Source of the DNA: an uncultured archaeon
GTDB lineage: Archaea; Thermoproteota; EX4484-205; JAAOZP01
Direction: 5' to 3'
Assembly (NCBI GenBank): GCA_938045545.1
Contig: CALIBN010000002.1
Coordinates: forward strand, 1 to 64,000
DNA length: 64,000 nt
Position 1 is the stretch's first letter; each line of letters starts with the position of its first letter. Positions 19,478 through 28,909 of the stretch are shown here, piece by piece. The translations under genes were made by a program, and so were the position numbers. The notes under the pieces were generated by a model. It was not told where the DNA came from. It worked only from the letters and a program-made list of their open reading frames with translations, and did not search any database.

Positions 19478-20316
19478 TTTTCAGAAAATTTATCGAGTGG
19501 CTCTCCGAGGATATTCCCTATTGGGACGTGACCTCCGAGATAATACCTCCGCAAGTAACGTGCGAGGCGGTTGTAATAGCTAAGGAGGAGGGCGTTGCAG
19601 CCTGCTGTGAGGATCTTGCTATGATACTTGAGAAGATGGGTTTCACGGTTAGGGTTTTAAAGAAGAGCGGTGAGGAATTCGGAAAATGGGATCAAGTAAT
19701 GTGGATTAAAGGCAATATGCGTAGGCTCATGGAGATCGAACGACTATTGCTGAACATTCTCTCCCAAGCCTTCGGAGTGGCAACGCTAACCAAGGCCTTT
19801 GTCGAGAAGGCTAGAAGAATAAACCCGAACCTGAAGATAGCTGCAACTAGGAAGGTTAAACCCGGCTTCCAGTATTTCGAGAAAAAGGCTATTGCAGCCG
19901 CGGGCGGGGACACTCATAGGCTGAACCTGTCAGACATGATTCTCATCAAGGAAAACCATCTAAAGTATTTCAACTCGGTTGGTGAAGCTGTTAAGAAGGC
20001 TAGGGAACTGGCGAGCTTCAGCAAGAAGATAGAGATCGAAGTGGCTGAGGCTGAGGACGCTGTGGAAGCTGCTGAGGCGGGTGCAGACATAATCATGCTT
20101 GACAATTGCACCCCTGAAAAAGTAAGGAGGACGATTGAAATGCTTAGAGAGAAAGGGTTAAGAAGCAGGGTTCTAGTAGAGGTCTCCGGCGGAGTGAAGC
20201 TTGAAAATCTTGAAGAATATGTGGAAGCCGGCCCGGATATAATAAGCTCAGGAGAGCTAACGCATTCAGCGAAAGCAGTAGACATATCGCTCGAAGTCAC
20301 GAGGGTTGAGAAATGA
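19462..20316 (+). CDS. nadC: Quinolinate phosphoribosyltransferase
   Basis: ED.PYWDVTS, ERLLLN, ATRK, EK.A...GG..HR.NLSDMILIKENH, IMLDN, EVSGG. Confidence 0.96.
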   Translation: MVEEVVFRKFIEWLSEDIPYWDVTSEIIPPQVTCEAVVIAKEEGVAACCEDLAMILEKMGFTVRVLKKSGEEFGKWDQVMWIKGNMRRLMEIERLLLNILSQAFGVATLTKAFVEKARRINPNLKIAATRKVKPGFQYFEKKAIAAAGGDTHRLNLSDMILIKENHLKYFNSVGEAVKKARELASFSKKIEIEVAEAEDAVEAAEAGADIIMLDNCTPEKVRRTIEMLREKGLRSRVLVEVSGGVKLENLEEYVEAGPDIISSGELTHSAKAVDISLEVTRVEK

Positions 20317-21098
20317 AGAGGATAGGGTTGATAGGGTGTGGTGCAATAGGCTCCCTCATAGCCACGGCTGTGGACGAGGGCAAGGTTAACGCGAAGCTGG
20401 TTTATGTCTACGATTCTCGTAAGGAGGCTGCATCGAAGCTGGTTGAGAAGCTGAGGAGCAAGCCGAAGGTTCTGGAAGGAATAGAGGAGATGTTGAAAGA
20501 CAGGAGGCTCGAAGTTATCGTCGAGGCTGCAAGCGACGAGGCCGTTCTAAAATACCTTAAGCCCATCGTTGAAGCCGGGAAAGAGGTTCTCGTGATGAGC
20601 ATAGGAGGGCTTCTTTTCCCTGAGACAAGGAAAATATATGAGGAAAACACTCGCAGAATACATGTTCCGGCTGGAGCAATCGCTGGACTGGATGCTATCC
20701 AAGCCATAAGCCTAGTCGGCGTGGACAGGATGGTTTTAACCACGAGGAAGCCTCCGGAAGCATTAGCCTATTCCAACTATTTCAAGGAGAAGGGGATTGA
20801 ACTAGATAAAATCAGGGAGCCCACGCTGGTTTACGAGGGGCCCGTGGAAGACGCTTTAACGCATTTCCCAAAAAGCGTGAACGTGGCGGCAGCGCTAGCC
20901 TTATACTCTAAGTCAGGGGTTCTAGTTAGAATAATAGCAGACCCAACCAGGAAAGAGATAATGCACGAGATAGATGTTGAGTCAAAGGTTTCCAATCTAA
21001 GGATACTGGTTGAGAATGTTCCGCACCCGGATAACCCTAAGACAAGCTATCTGGCTGCATTATCCTGTATTCAGAAGCTTAGAGAGATTTGTGGCTGA
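20313..21098 (+). CDS. nadX: L-aspartate dehydrogenase
   Basis: GLIGCGAIG, VEAAS, GAIAGLD, TTRKPP, FPKSVNVAA, HEI, NPKTSYLAALS; overlaps the nadC stop (ATGA). Confidence 0.93.
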   Translation: MKRIGLIGCGAIGSLIATAVDEGKVNAKLVYVYDSRKEAASKLVEKLRSKPKVLEGIEEMLKDRRLEVIVEAASDEAVLKYLKPIVEAGKEVLVMSIGGLLFPETRKIYEENTRRIHVPAGAIAGLDAIQAISLVGVDRMVLTTRKPPEALAYSNYFKEKGIELDKIREPTLVYEGPVEDALTHFPKSVNVAAALALYSKSGVLVRIIADPTRKEIMHEIDVESKVSNLRILVENVPHPDNPKTSYLAALSCIQKLREICG

Positions 21099-21152
21099 GG
21101 CTTGAGATAGTGTTTTCTTAGCCAATCACCTTAGAAAAGTTTATAAACCCGT

Positions 21153-22736
21153 TTGAGAAAGATTCTCGAAAGCCGAGAAGAGATAGTTATGGGTAATAAT
21201 GCGGTTAAAGTCTATGTTCTAGACCCTGCTTCAATACTTACCGGAGTGGCTGCTAGAGCAGTTGAAAACGGTGAGGTAACTGGGAGGATAATAGTGCATA
21301 AGGCCATTGTCTCGGAATTCGAGAGAAAAGCCAGATTCGGCGATGAAACAGGGTTAAATGGCTTAAAATCCCTTAAGGACGCAGCTTCGGAGAAAGGGCT
21401 GGAGGTCGAGTTTATAGGCTCTTCCAATACTCCCGAAGAGGTTTCAACAGTTCTCAGAGATCTAGCGATGAACACAAGAGGCACTCTCGTTTCATGCGAC
21501 CCGGTTTTGACTAAGACTGCAAGAGCAATGGGGATTGAGGCAATCTACCTAAGCCCGGTTGGAAAGGCTAAGCTTGAAGAGTTCTTTAAACCAGGCATAA
21601 TGTCTATACATCTCAAGGAGAACGTTATCCCGAAGGCTAAGGAAGGGATTCCTGGCAGATGGGTTTACAGAGATGTTGGAGAGAAACCAATCAGTAAGTC
21701 TGAGCTTGAGTCAATAATAGCTGACATAATGGAGAGAGTCCAGTTTACAAACCAAGGCTTTGTGGAAATAGACAAGTCTGGCTCGACAATAATACAGCTT
21801 AAAGACCTTAGGATAGTCATTACTCGACCACCCTTCTCAGACGGGCTTGAAATAACCGCTGTTAAACCACTCATTAAGAGAAGCCTTGAGGAGTATAATT
21901 TGGAGGTAAAGCTTATTGAGAGGCTTAAGACTCAGGCTGAAGGAATACTCATAGCTGGGGCACCTGGAATGGGAAAGTCCACTTTCGCCCAAGCCCTGGC
22001 AGAGTTCTACAGGTCGATGAACAAGGTTGTTAAAACAATAGAAAGTCCGAGAGACCTTCAACTCCCTCCTGACGTGACACAGTATTCTAAGACAGCAGCA
22101 GAGCCCAGTGAGCTTCACGACGTATTACTGTTAAGCAGACCGGACTACACGATATACGATGAGCTTAGAGATACTAATGACTTCAACATTTTCATAGACC
22201 TTAGGCTTGCGGGCATAGGAATGGTCGGCGTCATACATGCTACAACACCCATGGATGCTATTCAACGCTTCACCGGGAGGACTGACCTTGGGCTCATACC
22301 CTCTATCATAGACACAGTCATATTTATGAAGGAGGGCGAGGTTTCGAAAATATACACGCTTGAAACAGTTGTGAAGATCCCTAAGGGAATGAGAAACGCG
22401 GACCTAGCTAGGCCGACGATAGTCGTTAAAAACTTCTTGACGGGGGAGGCGGAGTACGAGCTCTACGTCTTCGGAGAACAAACTTTCATAGTCCCGGTTC
22501 GCAAGAAGAAGACAGGATATGAAGAGAAGCTTAAGGAGGAAGTGCAGGCGATAGTGCGCAACCAGGTTTCAGACTTCGACGTCAGGATTGAGGGAGACAG
22601 TTTGATCCTGTATGTAAATAAGGAGGACATCCCCACACTCGTCAAGAAGTACAATAAGAAGCTCAACAGGTTTGCGAAAAGAATAAACATGAACATTGAG
22701 ATAAGCCCACAGAATAGGCATGAAAACAAATACTGA
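21153..22736 (+). CDS. PIN-domain ATPase with KH tail (archaeal PINA family)
   Basis: N-terminal PIN-like domain, MSIHLKE, RPPFSDGLEITAVKP, Walker A GAPGMGKST, ESPRDL, RPDYTIYDE, GVIHAT. Confidence 0.9.
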   Translation: MRKILESREEIVMGNNAVKVYVLDPASILTGVAARAVENGEVTGRIIVHKAIVSEFERKARFGDETGLNGLKSLKDAASEKGLEVEFIGSSNTPEEVSTVLRDLAMNTRGTLVSCDPVLTKTARAMGIEAIYLSPVGKAKLEEFFKPGIMSIHLKENVIPKAKEGIPGRWVYRDVGEKPISKSELESIIADIMERVQFTNQGFVEIDKSGSTIIQLKDLRIVITRPPFSDGLEITAVKPLIKRSLEEYNLEVKLIERLKTQAEGILIAGAPGMGKSTFAQALAEFYRSMNKVVKTIESPRDLQLPPDVTQYSKTAAEPSELHDVLLLSRPDYTIYDELRDTNDFNIFIDLRLAGIGMVGVIHATTPMDAIQRFTGRTDLGLIPSIIDTVIFMKEGEVSKIYTLETVVKIPKGMRNADLARPTIVVKNFLTGEAEYELYVFGEQTFIVPVRKKKTGYEEKLKEEVQAIVRNQVSDFDVRIEGDSLILYVNKEDIPTLVKKYNKKLNRFAKRINMNIEISPQNRHENKY

Positions 22737-22813
22737 GACTTAGAACCATACTTTCTAGAAAGCGCATGTTAAATTTTCCGCTGAGAAGCGAAACATAAAA
22801 AACATGGTTGGTT

Positions 22814-23185
22814 CTAACCTACTGCTCCACCAATAACCCCACCGATTATTGACATTATCGATCCGAACGCCAGCGATACTATGATTGCTCCGCCAGCAAC
22901 CAGGCCTCCTAGAAGACCGAGCAGCCCGCCGAAAACCCCTCCAAGCAGCCCCCCGGCTGCAACGAACCCGATGACTAGAAGTATGGTTGCAATTACTCCG
23001 CCAAACACTCCTGCCAGAAACCCGGCTAGGGCACCTCTGCCAGGTCCTCCTCCAGCTATTAAGCCGGATATGAAGCCGCCGATCAAAGGTCCGACCACCG
23101 GAAAGTACGCACCTAGAACAGAGTTTATTATGAACCCCAAGAATGCGCCAAGCCACAGGTTGCCTTCCCTCCTCATCCGCACCAC
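22814..23185 (-). CDS. Small Gly-rich membrane protein (DUF5518-like)
   Basis: PVVGPLIGGFISGLIAGGGPGRGALAGFLAG; several hydrophobic helices. Confidence 0.7.
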   Translation of the reverse strand: MVRMRREGNLWLGAFLGFIINSVLGAYFPVVGPLIGGFISGLIAGGGPGRGALAGFLAGVFGGVIATILLVIGFVAAGGLLGGVFGGLLGLLGGLVAGGAIIVSLAFGSIMSIIGGVIGGAVG

Positions 23186-23222
23186 TAAAGATATCCGGCA
23201 TTAGCCATGATTTAATCGTTTC

Positions 23223-25112
23223 CTACTTCTCTACGACAGGCTTCTTTCTAGCAAGGTAGAAAGTAGTGAAGCATGAAACTATTAGAGCAACCGTGACAAG
23301 AATAAGAACTGTCCTCAAGTTAAACCCCGATCCTTTTAGCGTTACAGATTCGTTTCGAATAAGATTAACATTCTTGCTTTCAGCAGAAGTGCTGACAATA
23401 TAGTTTCCAGCAGGAATGTTTGAAAAAACAATGCGGCCCTCAGCATCTGTTCTCCCGGTAGTTTGAAAAACCGATGATTCGTTTAAAGGCCTACTTGTCA
23501 CGGGATGCGGAGACGGAGCTATCTTGACTTCAACGTTTCCCATTGGCTCGCCGAATTCATTGACCACGTGAACGCTTATGGAATAGGTTTCAGTCCTCAA
23601 TTCAATTATCAAAGGCCTGCTTGTTATGGGAAGCGGAAACTCCGCACTCTGTTTAAGGGAAATCAGTGAGATACCCTTATTCGTTAGACTGAGATAACCC
23701 TTGAATACTTCAGCGCCATCACTCTTTACGATGACCTCGTAATCCCCAAGATTCGGGATGATTTTCAATTCACCAGCTCCTGAGCATACAATTTCACTAT
23801 TATGCTTCAACTCTACTACTGCTTCATCCAGTAGTCCGCCTGTGGAGTTAACTGCCCTAAGCTTCACCTCTCCTAAGACGATGACTTTCGTAACATTGCT
23901 AGCCCTCAACAATCTTACTCCACTAGCCTCGAGAATCAGAACATAGACCCCGGGCGACCCTGGCTTATAGCTTACGGTGAAAACCCCGTTTGGAGAAGGA
24001 TTCAGCCTAAAGGTTTCAACCTCCCTCCCACCATTATAAACACGCATAGTTAACTCAGCGGTTTCAGGATGCGTAACACCAATAAGAACCCCGTTGACCC
24101 GTACTTCCTCCCCAATCCTGATCAGAGAGTTCTCAACCCATGCTCGCAACATGCATACGCTTGGCAACACTGTTTGAAACCTCCCGTATGCAACCGAGCC
24201 GGTGTAAGTATCGTTCCCAGCCCACTCTGCCTTTATGAAGATATCTCCGAAAACCCTCGGCTTCCAAACCATTGAGAAAACCCCTATCGTAGCATTCAAC
24301 TCGGCGAAAAGAATCCATGAAGCATTGTCTAAGGAATAGTAGAGTAAAACGTTTTGAACACTAGGAGGATAAAGCCTCCCGCTTATACTAATGTTCTCAG
24401 CCCCTGCTACCACCACGGTCGGGCTTAAAGTCAGATTAAGAATCGACCTTGCTTTCACCCGAAGAGAGTACTCGGGTGTTGAAGCAGGCTCATACTCCGA
24501 GTCACCCGGAAAAAACGCTGAAATCCTATAGACGCCTAAAAGCGTAGGCGTAAAATCGAACGAGAAGCTTCCGTTTAAGGCAACCGACAACCGATATTCA
24601 TTCAGAATATTTTTCGGATCCCTAGCCTTCAAGTATAATTGGGAAACACTTGGATTAACCTTCCCAATTATCCTGACACTGGCGTTAACAGCAGCCTCGC
24701 TCGGGACACTAAGCTGGATACTAACCGGCTTTCTCGATGGTGGCGGGGAAGGCGGAGGAGGCGGGGGTGGAGGCGCTGCCGAAAGACGTATGTCTATCTG
24801 TACCGTACCCTCGCCCGTGGCAGATGCGCTACCTGAATAACTGTCTTTCGATGCGCTTACGATTATATTCACGGGAACCGAAGAAACAGTTAGAGTAACT
24901 GGCCCATATTTGCCGTCGCTCCCAGTAATTGTTGATTTAGAGTCTCCTCCACCAGAAATTGAAACAGAAGCGCCGACTGCAAGAGTCCCATCAGGCATAT
25001 AGACATACCCCCACACGTTTACCGGTACTTGCGCCCTAACGAGACTCGTGGTGATTGAAATTACTCCGCATAGAACGATTATACAGGTTAAGTAGAAAGC
25101 CTTCTTCATCAT
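23223..25112 (-). CDS. Membrane-anchored multi-domain surface protein (carboxypeptidase-regulatory-like and Ig-like domains)
   Basis: Signal peptide, VWGYVYMPDG..GASV, poly-Pro linker, F.GD..Y Ig-like repeats, TDAEGRIVFSNIPAGNY, C-terminal TM plus RKK. Confidence 0.8.
   Translation of the reverse strand: MMKKAFYLTCIIVLCGVISITTSLVRAQVPVNVWGYVYMPDGTLAVGASVSISGGGDSKSTITGSDGKYGPVTLTVSSVPVNIIVSASKDSYSGSASATGEGTVQIDIRLSAAPPPPPPPPSPPPSRKPVSIQLSVPSEAAVNASVRIIGKVNPSVSQLYLKARDPKNILNEYRLSVALNGSFSFDFTPTLLGVYRISAFFPGDSEYEPASTPEYSLRVKARSILNLTLSPTVVVAGAENISISGRLYPPSVQNVLLYYSLDNASWILFAELNATIGVFSMVWKPRVFGDIFIKAEWAGNDTYTGSVAYGRFQTVLPSVCMLRAWVENSLIRIGEEVRVNGVLIGVTHPETAELTMRVYNGGREVETFRLNPSPNGVFTVSYKPGSPGVYVLILEASGVRLLRASNVTKVIVLGEVKLRAVNSTGGLLDEAVVELKHNSEIVCSGAGELKIIPNLGDYEVIVKSDGAEVFKGYLSLTNKGISLISLKQSAEFPLPITSRPLIIELRTETYSISVHVVNEFGEPMGNVEVKIAPSPHPVTSRPLNESSVFQTTGRTDAEGRIVFSNIPAGNYIVSTSAESKNVNLIRNESVTLKGSGFNLRTVLILVTVALIVSCFTTFYLARKKPVVEK
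24738..24776 (-). repeat. Low-complexity poly-proline linker
   Basis: GG(N)-rich tract encoding PPPPPPPPSPPPS on the minus strand. Confidence 0.7.
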
Positions 25113-28100
25113 TCTTCTACCTCCAGCTCTACGAATCTGCGGGGAGAAGTCAAGTACACGAAGTAGCCGAAGCCTTGCTCTATTGGAAAATCGTCTCCCG
25201 GACTGCTGACTCCAGGCGAATAGCCCTTAAACTTCTGTATTGTAGTATCCCATTTCGCTATTAACGTTACTTCAGGCCCTATGGTTTTCCCGAGGTCTTC
25301 GGCCGAATACCCTGAAGATTGTTTAAAGACCAAGGCGATAAGATTGTACCTCTTAACCAGATTCCTGACATGGAAGCGTACAGTAAGCCAGCCGCTTGTG
25401 CTCTCAGTATCATTGGCCCTAACATAAATCGTGTGAAATCCGTCAGAATACGAGGAGGCGTTGAAGCTTATCCTGATGAACTCTATGTTCGAATCCCAAG
25501 ACCCATCCATAGGGGAGGGCATTATAGTCAGAGAATTGGTATCGTCGACTGCATACCCTGCTCCAGTAATGTTGTTGGGCGATGCTATTTTAACGGTTAG
25601 ATTGACGACCCCCGCTTGAACTGTGCTGTCCGCCACTCTCAACGTTAAGCTAGTAACTATTACAGTGAAGTTGGCTGTCACAGTTCCTGGACCGTTTATA
25701 GTTGCATAAGTGTTCGGCAAATAAGGGTCAGCTATAGTTATCTTCGATGTGTTTGAAAACCAATTTTTGAAGACGTAGTCAGGGTCAGGGATGGCGGATA
25801 TTTGTATTGTTGAGCCCTCGTTATACCAGTCCGAGCCGGAGGGCGATGCGGTTCCGCAGCCCAGTGGCTTAACCGTGAAGGTGACGTTATACTGTCTCTT
25901 GAAGAAGGCTTTTACAGTAGTGTTGTAACCGGGAACAGTGTAATTGTGGCTTTGGGCTCCTCCGTCGCTCCAGCCATACCAGACATACCTCGTCCCATTC
26001 TCTAGGTCCATGGGTGAGACTGCTTCCAGCAGGTGGGTTGAGCCCTCCTCCCATGTGAAGACTACAGGTGTCGTGACAAGTTGTCCATCAACCTTCACGA
26101 GGCCTGAGCCCCGTGGGTCCGAGTCGACAGTAATCTTAGATAAAGCGTTGAACAGTGAGAGACTAGGGTCACCGTAGAGGTTGAAGCAGAACAGGTTCAT
26201 CCACCAAACACTGCTATCATGAGGCAGCATCCCCTTAGCCTCGTAGAGAGCTACGCCTGCACTAAGCTTATCCTTTAACAGTTTCTCAACGTAGCGGTAC
26301 CCTATTTCAACATTATCCGCAAGCATACGGGGCCACCAGTAGCCAACTATATACCAGCTTACCCTCGAGGCTGAAACAGTTGCTACCGCACCATTCTTAA
26401 GCAGAGCATAGCCAAGGTTATTTTCATCCTCCGGATAACCATTGTTGCAGGAGCATTGGAATGTGAATGAGGGTGCGGAGCCGTTCAATCCAGGGGCATC
26501 AGAAGAGCCGAAGAATAATTGCCAACTCATCTCGCCGGACTCCGGCACCCCGTCACCATCGTCAAAACTCCAATACTTTCTGAAGGCCCCCTGGCTGCTC
26601 CCATGGCCGAACCAGAAAATCACCCCATAACCCTTCTTCCACTCGTTGACCAAGTTAGCCTTCGTCAATGGTGCTGAGTAATACGGCGCGGTCTCAGGCA
26701 CCGGGTCTCGTCCAGCTCTCTCATAAAGAACATAGTGCAACCAGCCTTCAGGCAGAATGTTTTCAACCGCGTATTTAGGCAAGTCTAACCCATCTGTTCT
26801 TTGCCAGCCCTGGTTATCTTCATTCGCATAGTTGCCTATAGCTACCGGAAGCAAAATCCTGTTTCTCCATCCTGTTCCTGAGAACACGTAGCTCATCGTC
26901 TTTCGGAGAACCTCATCTAGCGTAGCGTAATCATCATTGTAAACAGGTATTCTTCCCACATATACCTCCGCCGTGAAGTCTACGCCGGTATCTTGACCAT
27001 ATTCTCCATAATAATCGTCCCCGTCAGTATTCCAGTTTCCAGTAAGGTCAGCATAGAAATAGTCCGTGGGCGCAGTGTCATAACCCTGAACCCTCGGCCA
27101 GCACATCATCATTGGAACATCACCGTAAGAGTCAGATGGATTACTCGGGTCATCTGGATCAGGATTGCCTATTAGAAGAACATACTTGACCCCCAGGGTT
27201 AGATAATTGTTCTTTAACCAGTTTCTTATGTTTATTGCTCTCTGCTGCCCAGTTTCCGGCCCGTAATCATCCTCTGTGATCACCCTCACCTTGAAGCCTC
27301 TAGTGTTCTGAAGATGGTTAACGTAATTGGTTAGCTCCCTGCTTCCTGTTTTTATAGCCTTCGTAGTGACTATAACATAATCATACTGGTAGTCCAATGC
27401 CTGAAAAGACGGCAAATACCATTCTTTAGCGCTATTCCAGTTTACAAATTGTTTCTCAACGATTTTTTCAACTATCGTGTTCTTAACGGTGGCTGCTCGT
27501 CTACCTGTAAGCTGATAAGTGATCTTGAAAGATATATTCTCATGTATCTTAAGCCTCCCTTTTAACGGGTTATACTGAATGGGATTATATCGGATTCTTG
27601 CAAACACATATATTCCTCTATTAGAAACTTGGGAAACCTCTACAGCATTATCCGGATAATATTCTCCTCTCCCGTATACGAGAAGATTCTTACCATTCTG
27701 TATCTCCTTGCCGGTACCCCAATCCACTGTTTCACCGCATGCCAAAGGTGGCGCCGGCACTACTTCTGCAGTCACATTCATCTCATAGCTTTCATCCTGT
27801 AAAACACGTATACCTATGGTGGTTGTATTCACATCGGGTGGAAGCAACACGTCTAAAAACTTAGTCGGAAGCTTAGGATTGCCAGGTTCACCCAAATAAT
27901 TAAAACCATCAAGCTCAACAAATAGGTAGTTTCCGAAGTATGATATACTTGGGCTGCCACAGCCAACATTTAATTCTATTTCACCATATCGCGTTCCAGA
28001 AACCATTATAGTAGGCATCCATCTTACTGAGGAAATAGCTGAGAAACAGAATGCGATCAGAATTAGAATGGCGAGTAATAAATTACTTCCTACACGCCTA

Positions 28101-28225
28101 CTTACCAATTCTCTTCCTTTTAATATGGCTGGCAGATGGATATAAAATTTTTTAATTAAAATCTTGAAAAGACAATCTTCATTGCAGATCGACGTTGGGA
28201 AAATGTTTATAATTAGAGAAATCAA
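25109..28225 (-). CDS. Secreted C25-family (gingipain-like) cysteine peptidase (real start probably near 28105)
   Basis: Signal helix, propeptide GEPGNPKLP, YVLLIGNP, PTDYFYADL, VYVGRIP, catalytic GHG and CSC, FNLYGDP; C-terminal beta-repeat domains and a YNLIAL...GFGYFVY module. Confidence 0.85.
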   Translation of the reverse strand: MISLIINIFPTSICNEDCLFKILIKKFYIHLPAILKGRELVSRRVGSNLLLAILILIAFCFSAISSVRWMPTIMVSGTRYGEIELNVGCGSPSISYFGNYLFVELDGFNYLGEPGNPKLPTKFLDVLLPPDVNTTTIGIRVLQDESYEMNVTAEVVPAPPLACGETVDWGTGKEIQNGKNLLVYGRGEYYPDNAVEVSQVSNRGIYVFARIRYNPIQYNPLKGRLKIHENISFKITYQLTGRRAATVKNTIVEKIVEKQFVNWNSAKEWYLPSFQALDYQYDYVIVTTKAIKTGSRELTNYVNHLQNTRGFKVRVITEDDYGPETGQQRAINIRNWLKNNYLTLGVKYVLLIGNPDPDDPSNPSDSYGDVPMMMCWPRVQGYDTAPTDYFYADLTGNWNTDGDDYYGEYGQDTGVDFTAEVYVGRIPVYNDDYATLDEVLRKTMSYVFSGTGWRNRILLPVAIGNYANEDNQGWQRTDGLDLPKYAVENILPEGWLHYVLYERAGRDPVPETAPYYSAPLTKANLVNEWKKGYGVIFWFGHGSSQGAFRKYWSFDDGDGVPESGEMSWQLFFGSSDAPGLNGSAPSFTFQCSCNNGYPEDENNLGYALLKNGAVATVSASRVSWYIVGYWWPRMLADNVEIGYRYVEKLLKDKLSAGVALYEAKGMLPHDSSVWWMNLFCFNLYGDPSLSLFNALSKITVDSDPRGSGLVKVDGQLVTTPVVFTWEEGSTHLLEAVSPMDLENGTRYVWYGWSDGGAQSHNYTVPGYNTTVKAFFKRQYNVTFTVKPLGCGTASPSGSDWYNEGSTIQISAIPDPDYVFKNWFSNTSKITIADPYLPNTYATINGPGTVTANFTVIVTSLTLRVADSTVQAGVVNLTVKIASPNNITGAGYAVDDTNSLTIMPSPMDGSWDSNIEFIRISFNASSYSDGFHTIYVRANDTESTSGWLTVRFHVRNLVKRYNLIALVFKQSSGYSAEDLGKTIGPEVTLIAKWDTTIQKFKGYSPGVSSPGDDFPIEQGFGYFVYLTSPRRFVELEVEE

Positions 28226-28286
28226 GACAGAATATGAACGCCAATTATTACATCCGCATCTGATCAGCCATTTGGTTGTCTATGGA

Positions 28287-28847
28287 TCAACCTTTCGGGA
28301 TGGAGTCGGCAATCAGTCTGGATCGCTCAGGTGTTATTTTTTTCTCCTTAAAGAAGCCCGCCGGAGCTTCAATGGCATACTTGAAGTACTCATACGCACC
28401 ATATAGCTTAGTCGGGCTTGGATCCATGCGCAGGATCCCAACTATGGCTCCGTCCGCCTTGATGAAAGCTATGTCTAGGCTTGCCTCAACGTTGCGCATA
28501 TGGAATAAACCACTAACTTCATCGGGGAATATGAACAATATAAGAGTCTTCTCAATGATGCTCCTACTGATGTTCTGGAAGCCTGCTGCACGCTCATCAG
28601 GCTCATCCGCAACCTTAACCTCAAGCTCGAGAACTTGGCCCTCGTCGTTAACAATCTGGATCCTTGCACTACTCATCTTTTGAAACTCCTCGGTGACCCT
28701 TGAACCACCATTGTTGAAGTATGCCCAAAAACAGAGTAAAACTGCAGCGGAAACCAGCAGGATTTTAACAATCTTTCCCCGTCCTCCCAAGCTCTCCACT
28801 ATATTTATTAAGGCTGCTGAAAAAGCTTTAGCAGCATTTTTATACAA
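28287..28847 (-). CDS. DUF192 family protein with N-terminal membrane anchor
   Basis: VADEPDERAAGFQ, LFIFP, FHMRNV..SLDIAFI, YAIEAPAG. Confidence 0.85.
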   Translation of the reverse strand: MYKNAAKAFSAALINIVESLGGRGKIVKILLVSAAVLLCFWAYFNNGGSRVTEEFQKMSSARIQIVNDEGQVLELEVKVADEPDERAAGFQNISRSIIEKTLILFIFPDEVSGLFHMRNVEASLDIAFIKADGAIVGILRMDPSPTKLYGAYEYFKYAIEAPAGFFKEKKITPERSRLIADSIPKG

Positions 28848-28909
28848 GATGATTGAAAAACTAAATCTCTCTCCGAAACTTAGAGTTAAGTAAAAACTAG
28901 TTCCCCTAT

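Noticed and set aside
22755-23204. Alternative overlapping ORFs (148 aa Arg-rich minus, 107 aa Pro-rich plus)
   Set aside because: Shadow frames of the Gly-rich membrane protein 22814-23185
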